A DNA stretch of 64,000 nt from contig OZ243972.1 in NCBI GenBank assembly GCA_965214705.1, positions 800,001 to 864,000 of the forward strand, read 5' to 3'. The DNA is from Alphaproteobacteria bacterium (GTDB lineage Bacteria > Pseudomonadota > Alphaproteobacteria > UBA828). The position numbers and the translations under genes were made by a program. How positions within the stretch are numbered: the stretch's first letter is position 1; each line of letters begins with the position of its first letter. The notes under the pieces are model-generated. The model was not told the origin of the DNA. It was given only the letters and a program-made list of their open reading frames with translations, and searched no databases. Positions 1 through 10,428 of this stretch are shown here, piece after piece.

Positions 1-1
1 C

Positions 2-658
2 GCCAACCACCATCTTGGCGATATGGGAGCGACACCGACGTGCGACTTCTCCGGCTACCCGTGGAACTGGAAATCCATGCAGGAGAATGCCGTCGAGCCG
101 CATCACACGTGGTTCGTGCACAAGGGGCCACACGACTTCGCGCCGTCTCGGCTGGCCACGTTTGTCGAATGGGACGACGACGATGACGGGGCGGTCTATC
201 ACCCCACGGGATTTCTTTATAAAGACGGCGGCTTCACCGCCGGGTTTCAATCTCTGTTTCCGATCATCGAAACGCTGACCGACAACGAGCGTCAGCGGGT
301 GATGTTCGCGAGCATAATGCCCAATCTCTTCATCGGCACGGTGCCCGACGGCTGCCTCTACTACATGATCCTGCCTGACGGGGCTAACAGCCTGACCCTG
401 CGGGTGGGATACCTGTTTCCGCATTCGACCCTGGCCTTGGACAACTTCGACCTGACCTTCAAGGCCGTCGTCGACGGCATCGTCATCTATAACGACCAGG
501 ATACTGAGGCCAACACCGCCGTTCACAAGGGCTTGCGGTCGCGTTTCGCCAATCGCGGACGCTATGCGCCGTTGGAAGGGACTCTGCCGCAGATAAACCG
601 CTGGCTGGTCAAGCGCTACAAGTCATACGCGGCGCAACTGGACGCGGGATCGGCCTGA
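2..658 (+). CDS. Rieske aromatic ring-hydroxylating oxygenase alpha subunit, C-terminal catalytic domain (5' end outside window)
   Basis: NWKSMQENAVEPHH..VH mononuclear-iron motif, NDQD, and GLRSRFANRGRY..LE..INRWL C-terminus; the frame is open back to the window edge. Confidence 0.8.
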   Translation, partial: ANHHLGDMGATPTCDFSGYPWNWKSMQENAVEPHHTWFVHKGPHDFAPSRLATFVEWDDDDDGAVYHPTGFLYKDGGFTAGFQSLFPIIETLTDNERQRVMFASIMPNLFIGTVPDGCLYYMILPDGANSLTLRVGYLFPHSTLALDNFDLTFKAVVDGIVIYNDQDTEANTAVHKGLRSRFANRGRYAPLEGTLPQINRWLVKRYKSYAAQLDAGSA

Positions 659-667
659 CGCTGTCCC

Positions 668-1324
668 CTACGCCCCTATTTCCTTGGCGCGGTTTTCCAG
701 TGCCGCGATGGCGTCGGCGGCGGTCACGGCCCCGCCGGCGTTGGTCAGCGCCCGCATGAGCGTGAGCGCCGCGTCATGGCCCTGCGCACTGGTGCCGGCC
801 ACGCAGTCCTCCAGCACGTACACCCTGTAATCGCGCTGATAGGCGTCGCCCGTCGTCCACAGCACGCAGACATCACTGCAGACGCCGGCGATCAGGAGCG
901 TGTCGACACCCAGGCGACGCAGGTTCATGTCGAGCTCGGTGCCGAGGAAGATGCTGAAGCGCCGCTTGAGAACACGGATGTCACCGGGCTCGGGCGCCAG
1001 CTCATCGACGATCTCGAAGCCCTTCGTGCCTTCGATACAGGGCGGTGCCGGCGGCTCTCCGGGCGCCGCGCGGGGGTGCTTGCCGGTAACCCAGCCGCTC
1101 CGCCCATCCCAGAGGAGGCGCCCGCCGTCGAGCCCGTCGGCGCGGTGCGCTTCCTGGCTGAACACGATCGGCACCCGCGCCTTGCGGGCCGCAGCGATTA
1201 CCCGGCCGATCCGGGTCACCATGCGCTCCGCCCCGATCGCGTAGGAGCCAACATCGTCGTCGAGGAAGTCGTTCTGCATATCGACCACGGCGAGCGCTGG
1301 TTGTCCGATCTCCAGTCCGTCCAT
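668..1324 (-). CDS. Cysteine hydrolase (isochorismatase family)
   Basis: VVDMQNDF, KRRFSIF, GVCSDVCV (Asp-Lys-Cys triad); ATG at 1324 follows a GGAGG RBS. Confidence 0.9.
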   Translation of the reverse strand: MDGLEIGQPALAVVDMQNDFLDDDVGSYAIGAERMVTRIGRVIAAARKARVPIVFSQEAHRADGLDGGRLLWDGRSGWVTGKHPRAAPGEPPAPPCIEGTKGFEIVDELAPEPGDIRVLKRRFSIFLGTELDMNLRRLGVDTLLIAGVCSDVCVLWTTGDAYQRDYRVYVLEDCVAGTSAQGHDAALTLMRALTNAGGAVTAADAIAALENRAKEIGA

Positions 1325-1568
1325 CCGTGCGTCCTCCGATCCTTTCAGCCCTGTTGGTCGGGCGGGGCAGCGCTTGTCTATTGTAGCGCATAAGTAATTT
1401 GCGCCTTTGTTGCGGCCCACCGCAGCGGCCGGTAGAGTGCCGTTCCAGCCGCAAGACGCGACCAAAAGCAATTGAGATAACGTCCGTCACTTATTGGAGG
1501 CGGATGTTCGCAAACAAACACTCTTGCGGAATTGAGGTTCGGCTTTCGCGACGATGGGAGGCGGAGCA

Positions 1569-2918
1569 ATGGCCATTGGCAACTCTGTCAAGGAGACCGA
1601 GCGCTATCTCGACGCGATCGAGCGCTTCAATCCGGAAATCAATGCGGTCCTCACCAAGACCCCGGAGATGGCTCTCGAAATGGCTCACAAGGCCGACAAG
1701 GCTGCCGATGAAGGCGAGTGGCTCGGGCTTCTGCACGGCGTGCCGATGCTGATTAAAGACTGCCTCAACGTCGCTGGCACCCGGACCACGTTCGGCTCGG
1801 GAATGTATCGGGAGAACATCGCCAACTCGGATTCCGAAGTCGTCCGGCGGATCAGGAATTCGGGACCGGTGTTTCTCGGCAAGACCAATCTGCCCGAGTT
1901 CTGCTACGGCGCGACGACCCACAACGTTCATTACGGCAACTGCCTGAATCCCTGGGATACGACGCGGATACCCGGCGGCTCGAGCGGAGGCACCGCGGCG
2001 GCACTGGCGTCGGGCATGTGCCGCATTGCGTTCGGATCCGACACCGGCGGCTCGGTCCGGGGGCCGTCTGCCCTCTGCGGCATCTCGGGCATTCGTCCGA
2101 CCGTCGGCCGCATCCCCAACACCAACGCTCTGGCGCTCACGATCCACGCCGACACGATCGGCATGATGGCGCGGACGGTGCCGGACGTCGCGCGAGGCTT
2201 TGCCACGATCGCCGGTCACGACCCCGAAGACTCACTGAGCGAAGACGTGCCCCTCGAAAACTTTTTGCCGACGCTGCGGGACGGCATCGAGAATACCAGG
2301 GTCGGGATTCCCACCTCCTTCTACTTCGAGAATTGCCAACCGGACGTCGTTGCGCGCGTCATGGAGGCCTCGAAAGTCATCGAAGCCTGCGGAGCCACGC
2401 TGGTGGATATCGACATCGAGGGCGCCGAAGAGGCGCGGGTCGCTGCGGGCCCCACCATACTGGCGATCGACATGGCGGACATGCACCGCGACGGCCTGAA
2501 GAATTACCCGGAGGAATACGGCGACGAGGTCTTGAGGCGCCTACGCGCCGGCGAGCCGTTCAAGGGAACCGATTATGCGAACGCGTTGAGAATTCTGATC
2601 CGGTGGAAGCATCAGTTCAAACGCATCTTCCAAGAGGTCGACATGCTGCTGACGCCGACGACACCGATCGTTGCGCCGAAGTGGACGGACGCGGAGGACC
2701 TGCAGAAATCGACCCACTCAATTCTGCGCAACTGTTTTGGCTTCAGTTACGCGGGCGTGCCCTGCCTTAGCGTTCCCGCCGGTCTCGATTCCCAAGGCAT
2801 GCCGGTCGGCATGCAGCTAACGGCGAAATGGTTTCAGGAGCCGCTGCTGTTCCGCGCGGGCGTCGCTTACCAGGAGCGCACCGGGTTTCACAAATTGAGG
2901 CCGAAGCTTTCGGCCTAG
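1569..2918 (+). CDS. Amidase signature family enzyme
   Basis: LHGVPMLIKD, GKTNLPEF, PGGSSGG, GSDTGGSVRGPS. Confidence 0.93.
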   Translation: MAIGNSVKETERYLDAIERFNPEINAVLTKTPEMALEMAHKADKAADEGEWLGLLHGVPMLIKDCLNVAGTRTTFGSGMYRENIANSDSEVVRRIRNSGPVFLGKTNLPEFCYGATTHNVHYGNCLNPWDTTRIPGGSSGGTAAALASGMCRIAFGSDTGGSVRGPSALCGISGIRPTVGRIPNTNALALTIHADTIGMMARTVPDVARGFATIAGHDPEDSLSEDVPLENFLPTLRDGIENTRVGIPTSFYFENCQPDVVARVMEASKVIEACGATLVDIDIEGAEEARVAAGPTILAIDMADMHRDGLKNYPEEYGDEVLRRLRAGEPFKGTDYANALRILIRWKHQFKRIFQEVDMLLTPTTPIVAPKWTDAEDLQKSTHSILRNCFGFSYAGVPCLSVPAGLDSQGMPVGMQLTAKWFQEPLLFRAGVAYQERTGFHKLRPKLSA

Positions 2919-2945
2919 AGCTCGTCCGTCGCAGACGAACGCGGG

Positions 2946-3860
2946 CTAAAGCCCGCTTTCCCCACCGACCGTGTTGTTGGATCCGAACGGCACGCGCCTG
3001 CGAAAGTCCGCAGCCATCTCCGCGTGAGTGACCATCCTGGCACCCTGATGTCTCAGAATATGGTCGGCGAGGCGTTCCAGCGCCAACATGACGTGGGGCT
3101 TCGACGCGGCGTCGGGATGCATCCCTAGTGGGTACACGGCGTAGTCGTGATTGCGGTAAATCCAGTCGAAGAAGTCGATCCAGATTTGGCCGATCTGTTG
3201 ACCCGTGACCCAACCGTGGCTGTTGGGCGCGGTCTTCACGAACATTGTCGGCGGTGCATCGTCCAGGTGCCAGCTGAGGGGAATTTCGACGATGTCGACT
3301 TCCTTCCCCGGCACCCACGGCTTCATCCAGTCCGCGGCATCTCTCGTATAGTCGATCTTCGTCCAGCTATCACCGGTCCTCAGGTAGTACGGAAAGCAGT
3401 CTTCCTCCATCATGCTGTACTCGTGCGAAAAGCCGCGCTCGAGCAGCAAATCCACGGTGATGGAGGAGAATTCGGCCCACGGTGTCGCATAACCCCGTGG
3501 CCTTTCGCCGGTCAACGCCTGGCAAAGCTCGATACTCTTGTCGAGCACATCCCTCTCCTGTTGGGCGCTCATCGCGATCGGGTTCTCGTGTGAATAGCCG
3601 TGGACGCCGATCTCGTGGCCGTCCTTCGCGATCATCTCTGCCGCTTTGGGGAAGCTCTCCATCGAGTGCCCGGTAATGTGCCATGTCGTCGTGATGTTGT
3701 AGCGCCGGAAGAATTCCAGCAGGCGGGGGACTCCACGCTTCGCCGCGAAGACGCCGCGCGAAATATCGCAGGGTGAATCGGCGCCGCCAAACGAGCCGAG
3801 CCAGAGGGACACGGCGTCGAAGTGCGGATTGAAGCAAACCTGGATGTCCTTTTCTGCCAT
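2946..3860 (-). CDS. Polysaccharide deacetylase (CE4), HP0310/PgdA-like, copy 1
   Basis: DAVSLWLGSFGG.DSP.DISRG, HEIGVHGYSHEN, LDDAPP, HPD motifs. Confidence 0.88.
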   Translation of the reverse strand: MAEKDIQVCFNPHFDAVSLWLGSFGGADSPCDISRGVFAAKRGVPRLLEFFRRYNITTTWHITGHSMESFPKAAEMIAKDGHEIGVHGYSHENPIAMSAQQERDVLDKSIELCQALTGERPRGYATPWAEFSSITVDLLLERGFSHEYSMMEEDCFPYYLRTGDSWTKIDYTRDAADWMKPWVPGKEVDIVEIPLSWHLDDAPPTMFVKTAPNSHGWVTGQQIGQIWIDFFDWIYRNHDYAVYPLGMHPDAASKPHVMLALERLADHILRHQGARMVTHAEMAADFRRRVPFGSNNTVGGESGL

Positions 3861-3942
3861 TTTGCTGTCCTCCCGAAGCACTCCGCGGATTGAAACGGCC
3901 GGCCAGCGCCGCGCGGATCACGATTCTGGTGAGGGCTCCGCG

Positions 3943-4857
3943 CTACAGCCCGGCTTCTCCGCCGACCGTGTTGCTTGATCCGAACGGCACGCGCTTGCGA
4001 AAGTCCGCCGCCATCTCCGCGTGGGTGACCATCCTGACGCCCTGATGTCTCAGGATGTGGTCGACCAGCCGCTCCATCGCCAACATGACGTGAGGCTTGG
4101 CCGCGGCGTCGGGATGGAGCGCCAAAGGATAAATCGCGTAGTCGTGGTTGCGGTAAATCCAGTCGAAGTAATCGAGCCAGATCTGGCCGATCTCTTGACC
4201 CGTGATCCAGCCGTGGCTGTTGGGCGCGGTCTTCACGAACATCGTCGGCGGCGCATCGTCCAGATGCCAGCTGAGGGGAATCTCGACGATGTCGACTTCC
4301 TTCCCCGGCACCCAAGGCTTCATCCAGTCGGCAGCATCTCTCGTATAGTCGATCTTGGTCCAGCTATCTCCGGTCCGCAGGTAATACGGAAAACAGTCCT
4401 CCTCCATCATGCTGAACTCGTGCGAAAAGCCGCACTCCAGCAGCAGGTCCACGGTGATGGGGGTGAATTCCGCCCACGGTGTCGCATAGCCCCTTGGCCT
4501 TTCGCCGGTCAGCGCCTGGCAAAGCGCGATGCTCTTTTCGAGAACGTCCCTCTCCTGCTGGGGGCTCATGGCGAGCGGGTTTTCGTGGGAGTAGCCGTGC
4601 ACGCCGATCTCGTGGCCGTCCTTCGCGATCATCTCGGCCGCTTTCGGAAAGCTCTCGATTGAGTGCCCGGTAATGTGCCAAGTCGTTGTGATGCCGTAGC
4701 GCCGGAAGAAATCCAGCAGACGGGGGACACCGCGCTTCGCCGCAAAGACGCCGCGCGAAATGTCGCAGGGCGAATCAGCGCCGCCGAACGAGCCGAGCCA
4801 AAGGGACACCGCATCGAAGTGGGGGTTGAAGCAAACCTGGATGTCTTTTTCTGCCAT
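3943..4857 (-). CDS. Polysaccharide deacetylase (CE4), HP0310/PgdA-like, copy 2
   Basis: Same motifs; 304 aa, about 25 substitutions versus copy 1 by manual count. Confidence 0.88.
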   Translation of the reverse strand: MAEKDIQVCFNPHFDAVSLWLGSFGGADSPCDISRGVFAAKRGVPRLLDFFRRYGITTTWHITGHSIESFPKAAEMIAKDGHEIGVHGYSHENPLAMSPQQERDVLEKSIALCQALTGERPRGYATPWAEFTPITVDLLLECGFSHEFSMMEEDCFPYYLRTGDSWTKIDYTRDAADWMKPWVPGKEVDIVEIPLSWHLDDAPPTMFVKTAPNSHGWITGQEIGQIWLDYFDWIYRNHDYAIYPLALHPDAAAKPHVMLAMERLVDHILRHQGVRMVTHAEMAADFRKRVPFGSSNTVGGEAGL

Positions 4858-4878
4858 CTTTCAGTTCTCCTTCGGCCA

Positions 4879-5922
4879 TCACTCGCCGGCCGCCGTCTGC
4901 CCGTCGTCGCCGGCGCGCCGGGTACGCCAGATGCGTCGGCGCACGTTGAGTCCGCCGGTTCTGCTCAACTGGGCGAGCGACACGGCAATGATGAGTGCGC
5001 CGCCGTAGAAAAAGCTCTGCACAAACGTGGGCAGTCCGAGGATGGCGAGCCCCGTAATGCCGGTGACGAGGAAGTACACGGAGAGAAACGCGCCCCACGG
5101 ATTGAACTGACCCGGCATGATCGTGGTGGAGCCGAGAAAGGCCGCAGCAAAGGCCGGCAGCAGCATCGTGAGCGCAGACGTGGGGTCGACGCCCCCGGCC
5201 GCACCCGCATACATGATGCCGGCAACGGCGGCCAACACGCTGCAGGACACGAACGACAGCGTCCGAACCCGCCCGACCGCAATGCCATTGAGCTTCGAGA
5301 CTTCTCTCGATTTACCCACAAACAAATGCTGACGCCCAATGGGCGTAAATTCGAAGACGAGCCAGACAACCAAGCAAATTCCGACCGCAATGTAGAAGCT
5401 GAACGGAAGACCACCGATGTCGCGATTTGTTATCAGGACCACCAGCCAGTCGGACAAGCCGGTATAGGAGTTCGAATTACTGATCCACAAGACAATGCCG
5501 GCCAATATGGTCCCCATGCCCAGCGTCATGATGAAACTGTCGATGCCGACGAGGATGCAGAAGAAAGCGTTGACCAGTCCCACCGTGATTGCCATGCCAA
5601 TGGCAATCCCGATCGCCGGCCCGATATCCATGCCGTACCTGATGTTAAGAACACCGACGATATTGCTCGACAGAGTCATCACGGCGGCCACCGACAGGTC
5701 GTAGTCGCCGCCCCTGAGTGTGACCACCGTCGCGATGGTGAGCACAACAATCGGTGCCGCAGACGCCAGAATCGAGGTCATCGTTCTCGGAACGAGGAAC
5801 GCGTTGGGAGCCATCGCACCGAAAAATATGATGATCGCTATGAAGCACAGCGGCACGGAGAGCCGCCGCAGGAGTTGGCCGTAATCGAGGCGCGTCAGCT
5901 CCACGGTCGCACCACTGCACAC
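4879..5922 (-). CDS. Sugar-type (CUT2/RbsC-like) ABC transporter permease
   Basis: Multi-TM protein with GGDYDLSV, SFIMTLG and FAAAFLGST; exact start uncertain. Confidence 0.88.
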   Translation of the reverse strand: MCSGATVELTRLDYGQLLRRLSVPLCFIAIIIFFGAMAPNAFLVPRTMTSILASAAPIVVLTIATVVTLRGGDYDLSVAAVMTLSSNIVGVLNIRYGMDIGPAIGIAIGMAITVGLVNAFFCILVGIDSFIMTLGMGTILAGIVLWISNSNSYTGLSDWLVVLITNRDIGGLPFSFYIAVGICLVVWLVFEFTPIGRQHLFVGKSREVSKLNGIAVGRVRTLSFVSCSVLAAVAGIMYAGAAGGVDPTSALTMLLPAFAAAFLGSTTIMPGQFNPWGAFLSVYFLVTGITGLAILGLPTFVQSFFYGGALIIAVSLAQLSRTGGLNVRRRIWRTRRAGDDGQTAAGE

Positions 5923-5944
5923 AGGGTGGCTTGGCCTGCCACGC

Positions 5945-7537
5945 TCAAACCCTCGCTTCGACCGGCCGGTTCATCGAGGCCAGGCGCGAGCCCCATTCAT
6001 AGCAGGCCTCGCCGATGGAGCGTTTGTTGACCTCCGCACCGCTCAGTTCCACCCGTATGAAGCCTCCACCGAAGACCAGAACCCGGTCGCAAATTTCGGC
6101 CAACTGTTCCCAGTCAGAGCTCGCAATGAGGACGGTGCCGCCTGCCCTCGCAAACTGGTCGAGCAATTCCAGAATGTCCTCGTGGGCCGCGATGTCGACC
6201 GCTTGCGTCGGCTCGTCGAGCAGAAGCACGCGCTTGCCCGCCGCGAGCCACTTTGCGACCAGCACCTTCTGGCGGTTGCCGCCGCTCAGCGTCTTGAGCA
6301 AGGCGTTCATGGCCGGCGTGATGATGCCGTACCGAGCAACCGTATCCCGCGCAGCCGCCCCGAGCTTCGGCCGCGAGACCCACGGATTGAGGCCTGCGCG
6401 CGGCTTGAGAAGCTGGACCGTGAGATTGTCCGTTACCGAGAGCTCGAGCGCTACGCCGGCCTTGTCCCGCTCGAGGGGCACCAGGCCCACCCCCATCCTG
6501 ACCGCGTTCTCGGGACTATGGCGCTTGAGATTGGCACTTTCGCCTTCGACCCTGATCTCGCCGGATGCGTTCTCCTTGAGCCCGAAGAGCGCTTGATTGA
6601 CATCGGCATAGCCGGAGCCGACGAGCCCGGCGAAGCCCACGATTTCGCCCGCCCTCGCCTCGAACGAAACGCCATCGAGCCCGGACGCGCTCAGATCGGT
6701 CGCGCTCAGGCGAGGCTCGCCGGCCGAACGTGCTTCTCTCGGTCCGGCCTTGTCGAGACTATGCCCCACGATCATTCGTACGATCTCGGAGGGCTCCGTC
6801 GACGCCGTCTCGACCCTTCCGGCCACTTCGCCGTCGCGCAGGACCGTCGCGACGGTGGTGACTTCCATGATCTCGTCCAGGTCGTGGGAGACAAGCATCA
6901 ACGCATGGCCGGTCTCGGCAAGCGAGGCGAAGGTGCGGTAGAGATCGCGCTTCTCGTCCAGGCTCATGGCCGCAGTCGGCTCATCGAGAATGAGCACGCG
7001 GCGGCCATCGGAATTGGCCCGCCGGCCACCGGAGTCGGATCCGGATACCTCCCTGACGGCCCTCGCAATTGCGACCAACGCACGGTCTCCCAAACTGAGG
7101 GTCGAGACCGGATCTTCCGGTCGTCTGTCGATCGAATAGCGCTCCAGGACTTCTCTGGTCGCGCGGGCCATCTGCTTCCGCGACTGCTTCCGCCTCCCCG
7201 AAGCGATCTCAGAGACGAAGAGATTCTCCAGAATCGAAATTTCGGGGATGAGGGCCTTGTCCTGATGAACGAAGCTCAGGCCAAGGCCGCGCGCTTCCCC
7301 CGGCTTGAGGGGGAAGGAGAGCGGCGAACCCCACAGCGTTGCGGCCGCACCGGAGTCCGGCTCGTGGTAGCCCGAGAGTATCTTGATGAGAGTGGACTTG
7401 CCCGACCCGTTCGCGCCGAGCAAGCCGTGAATTTGGCCAGGGATGAGGTCTAAACCAACGTCCTTCAGAACCGTGTTGTTTCCAAAGGTCTTGGATAGAC
7501 TCTCAATCCCCAGCGCGACTTCAGAAGCCGACGTCAC
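5945..7537 (-). CDS. Sugar-type ABC transporter ATP-binding protein (two NBDs)
   Basis: GANGSGKST Walker A, LSGGNRQK, two LDEPT motifs. Confidence 0.92.
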   Translation of the reverse strand: MTSASEVALGIESLSKTFGNNTVLKDVGLDLIPGQIHGLLGANGSGKSTLIKILSGYHEPDSGAAATLWGSPLSFPLKPGEARGLGLSFVHQDKALIPEISILENLFVSEIASGRRKQSRKQMARATREVLERYSIDRRPEDPVSTLSLGDRALVAIARAVREVSGSDSGGRRANSDGRRVLILDEPTAAMSLDEKRDLYRTFASLAETGHALMLVSHDLDEIMEVTTVATVLRDGEVAGRVETASTEPSEIVRMIVGHSLDKAGPREARSAGEPRLSATDLSASGLDGVSFEARAGEIVGFAGLVGSGYADVNQALFGLKENASGEIRVEGESANLKRHSPENAVRMGVGLVPLERDKAGVALELSVTDNLTVQLLKPRAGLNPWVSRPKLGAAARDTVARYGIITPAMNALLKTLSGGNRQKVLVAKWLAAGKRVLLLDEPTQAVDIAAHEDILELLDQFARAGGTVLIASSDWEQLAEICDRVLVFGGGFIRVELSGAEVNKRSIGEACYEWGSRLASMNRPVEARV

Positions 7538-7578
7538 GACCGATGTTCGCGGTCGAGCGTCCCACTAAAACCCGAGGC

Positions 7579-8727
7579 CTATTCCTCGAGCCCCCAAAGC
7601 TTGAAGAACCCTTGCCTGACCTTGTCGCCATAGCCGACCGAGTAGGCTGCGGGGGTGCCGGCTTCGGTCACGTTCGACGAATCCCAGATGCGCATCGGTA
7701 TCTTCCGATCAACCGGGGGATTCTCTTCGCCGAGCAGAAGCCGAGCGGCCAGGTCAAGGAGCGACAGTCCGATGTGTTCGTTGCTCTCGCCCACATCCAT
7801 CAGCACGTAGTCACCCTTGGCAATCTCATCGAGGACCGATGGCGTGCCGGCGTAAGTGACGACGTGTACCGTGCCGGGATCCGCCAGTTGCCTGAGCACC
7901 GGCACGATGTAAGGCGTTTCCGGGTCATAGAGCGGCAGGATGTAGTTAAGCTCCGGATCGGCCAGCATCGCGCCCCGCACTGCGGCAGGCACCGTGGTCG
8001 CCCATTGCGCTACGGTCGCGTTCGCAATCGAAACTTCACAGTTCGGACAGTACTTTTCCAGCCCGTCCACGATCGCCTTGGTCTGAACCGGCGAACCGGT
8101 GATTTCATCCGACTTGATGATCAGCACATGCGCGTTGCCCTCGGAGTGCAACGCGGTGTACGCCGCTTGCAGGAGGCCGCAAATCTCGTAGGGCGCCCCC
8201 ACCGTCGCCTCGACATTGGCTGAGATACCCTGCGTGAGCCCGGACGCATGAGAATCCATCACCTTGATGCCGGCGGCCTTGGCTTCCGCGAGTTGCGGAC
8301 CCAGGAGCCGCGGATCCGAGCCTCCCGTCAGGTCGATGACCGCAGCACCATCTGTGATGGCTTGCGCGATCCCCCGCTGATGTTCGGCCAGCGATCCCTG
8401 ATTCTGCCAATCCTTGAACTGGAAGCCGATGATCGGCTCGAGCTTGCGAATGCTGGAGTAGATGCCTTCGGTGAACGGGTTGGCACTGGTCACCGAAATG
8501 CCATAGATCAACTTGCCACCGAGCGCCGCCTTGATGTCGATCGGGTCTCCCGGAGCCACAAAGTCCGGCTCGCCCCGGTAGCTGGCGATCAACTCTTCGA
8601 GTTCAGCCCTGAGTTCCGGCGTCAGGCTGGATTCTTCCGCCGTGCCATTCGACGAAAACCCAACCAACGCCACGGATGCCGCGAGCAGACCGACGGCGGC
8701 TATCCTCTTTGGTTTCAAAAAGTTCAT
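7579..8727 (-). CDS. Sugar-type ABC transporter periplasmic substrate-binding protein
   Basis: Signal peptide, PBP type 1 character, first gene of the ABC operon, GGAGG RBS. Confidence 0.82.
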   Translation of the reverse strand: MNFLKPKRIAAVGLLAASVALVGFSSNGTAEESSLTPELRAELEELIASYRGEPDFVAPGDPIDIKAALGGKLIYGISVTSANPFTEGIYSSIRKLEPIIGFQFKDWQNQGSLAEHQRGIAQAITDGAAVIDLTGGSDPRLLGPQLAEAKAAGIKVMDSHASGLTQGISANVEATVGAPYEICGLLQAAYTALHSEGNAHVLIIKSDEITGSPVQTKAIVDGLEKYCPNCEVSIANATVAQWATTVPAAVRGAMLADPELNYILPLYDPETPYIVPVLRQLADPGTVHVVTYAGTPSVLDEIAKGDYVLMDVGESNEHIGLSLLDLAARLLLGEENPPVDRKIPMRIWDSSNVTEAGTPAAYSVGYGDKVRQGFFKLWGLEE

Positions 8728-9160
8728 TGTTAGCCTCCCATGAATTTCTAGTTAGTCTTTTGCGGCAATGAGATTTAGTTCTCATGCCTTTGCCGCGACC
8801 CGAGCCCGCCAATCCCACGGGATGGTGCGTTGCCATTCTCAAGCGCGTATCGAAAGATTAGTGAGAAATGTAGCGCGATCCCCCCACTCGTGCTCTGCCT
8901 GCCTTTCAACTCAACGAATCGGCGAAAACCACGGCGCGCGCATCGCATTCGATGCAGATCGGCGGCACGCTATTAGGCTTAGCAGATGGGGTGGAGGCCC
9001 ACAAGACGAAAGGCTGGAGGACGCCGGGGAGCGAACAGGCGATGAGCCCTCATGGCAAATCGCAATGGGCGCATCAGCGAGGCAAGGCTGACTCCTCCGG
9101 CCGTACCGAGAGCTTTCCAGCCTCGGGACAGCGCGCCCGCTGCCGCAGCCGATCTTGGCG

Positions 9161-10270
9161 TCAAACCTCCGTCCGTACGGCGTCCGCCGCGAGCGGCGCA
9201 AGCCGCGCCGGACTGAAAGGCGCGAGGTCCACGCGGCTGCTTGCACCATCGGCGATCAGCTCAGCCACCGCCTCGCCCGTGGCCGGGGCGTTCAGCATCC
9301 CCCACACGCTGTGCGCGGTCGCCACATAGGCGCCTTGAATACCGGGGACGGCGCCGATGAGCGGCAACCCGTCCTCGACCACAGGGCGATAGCAGGCCTG
9401 CTCCGCCAGCACCTCCGCATCGCCGAGCGCGGGCGCAACCTGCGCCGTCATGGCGCGGAGACGGGCCGCGCCGCCTTCCTCCGGCGCCACGGCGGCAGGA
9501 TCCACCGGCAACGGCGCCTCGCTGGAAAGGCCGCAGACATATGTCGTGCCGTCGGGGCGGGGATAGACCTCCGGCGAGGCAAAGTCGCCCGTCGCCGTCT
9601 CGAGCTCCACGAAGAGCGCGTAGGGCACCGGCTTGGGCGTGTAACGGAAGACCACGCTGTGACCCTTCAGGCCGTAGATCGCCGGCAGCGGCAGCCAGCG
9701 GCTCGCGAGCACCGACCAAGGGCCCATGGCGATGACGACCGCATCGCCCGCGACCTCCTGTCCGTCCACCACGGCGCCACGCACGCCGCCGCCCTCGCCG
9801 AACATGAGGCCGTTGACGCTGCCCATGAGCAGGCGCGCGCCCGCTCCAATCGCCGCGCGCATCATGGCCTTGGTGAAGTCCGCCGGGTTGACCTGGGCCG
9901 TGGTTTCGCTGGTGCCGAGCCGGCGGTGAACGGCCGAATCCTGCGCCAGCCAGCCGGGCCCGTCGAGCCGCCGGAAGGAACCCACGTCCCGTCGCGCGCT
10001 GGCAACCACGCCGAGCGTGTCGAGCCTGCGGTAGCCCCACTCGTCGTCGATCGTCACGGCAAGCTCGGCGTGCAAGGCGAAGCTGCGCCGCGCCAGGGGC
10101 TCGACCGGCGAGCCGTCGCACCAGTCGAGCGCCAGAAACCCGCCCGACTTGCCCGAGGCCGCGTTGGCGATGCCGGTGCGCTCAATCACCACGGGCTCGA
10201 TGCCGCGCTGGCCGAGGAAGTAGGCGATCGACGTGCCGATCACGCCGCCGCCGCAGATCAAGACGCGCAT
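9161..10270 (-). CDS. FAD-dependent oxidoreductase (D-amino acid oxidase/glycine oxidase family)
   Basis: ICGGGVIG Rossmann motif, ASGKSGG, HSVWGMLNAPATG. Confidence 0.88.
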   Translation of the reverse strand: MRVLICGGGVIGTSIAYFLGQRGIEPVVIERTGIANAASGKSGGFLALDWCDGSPVEPLARRSFALHAELAVTIDDEWGYRRLDTLGVVASARRDVGSFRRLDGPGWLAQDSAVHRRLGTSETTAQVNPADFTKAMMRAAIGAGARLLMGSVNGLMFGEGGGVRGAVVDGQEVAGDAVVIAMGPWSVLASRWLPLPAIYGLKGHSVVFRYTPKPVPYALFVELETATGDFASPEVYPRPDGTTYVCGLSSEAPLPVDPAAVAPEEGGAARLRAMTAQVAPALGDAEVLAEQACYRPVVEDGLPLIGAVPGIQGAYVATAHSVWGMLNAPATGEAVAELIADGASSRVDLAPFSPARLAPLAADAVRTEV

Positions 10271-10428
10271 CCGCGCCTCGCCGCGGCCGACCATCGCCAC
10301 CAGCTAAACATTACGGCTTCCTCATTGGGCCTGAAGCATCAAACCCTGCGCTGGCCCTGCTGCGGTTGCAACAGCCAACTTGTCCGCTACAGTCGGCGCC
10401 CTTTTGACCCACGGATGGACAGACACTC

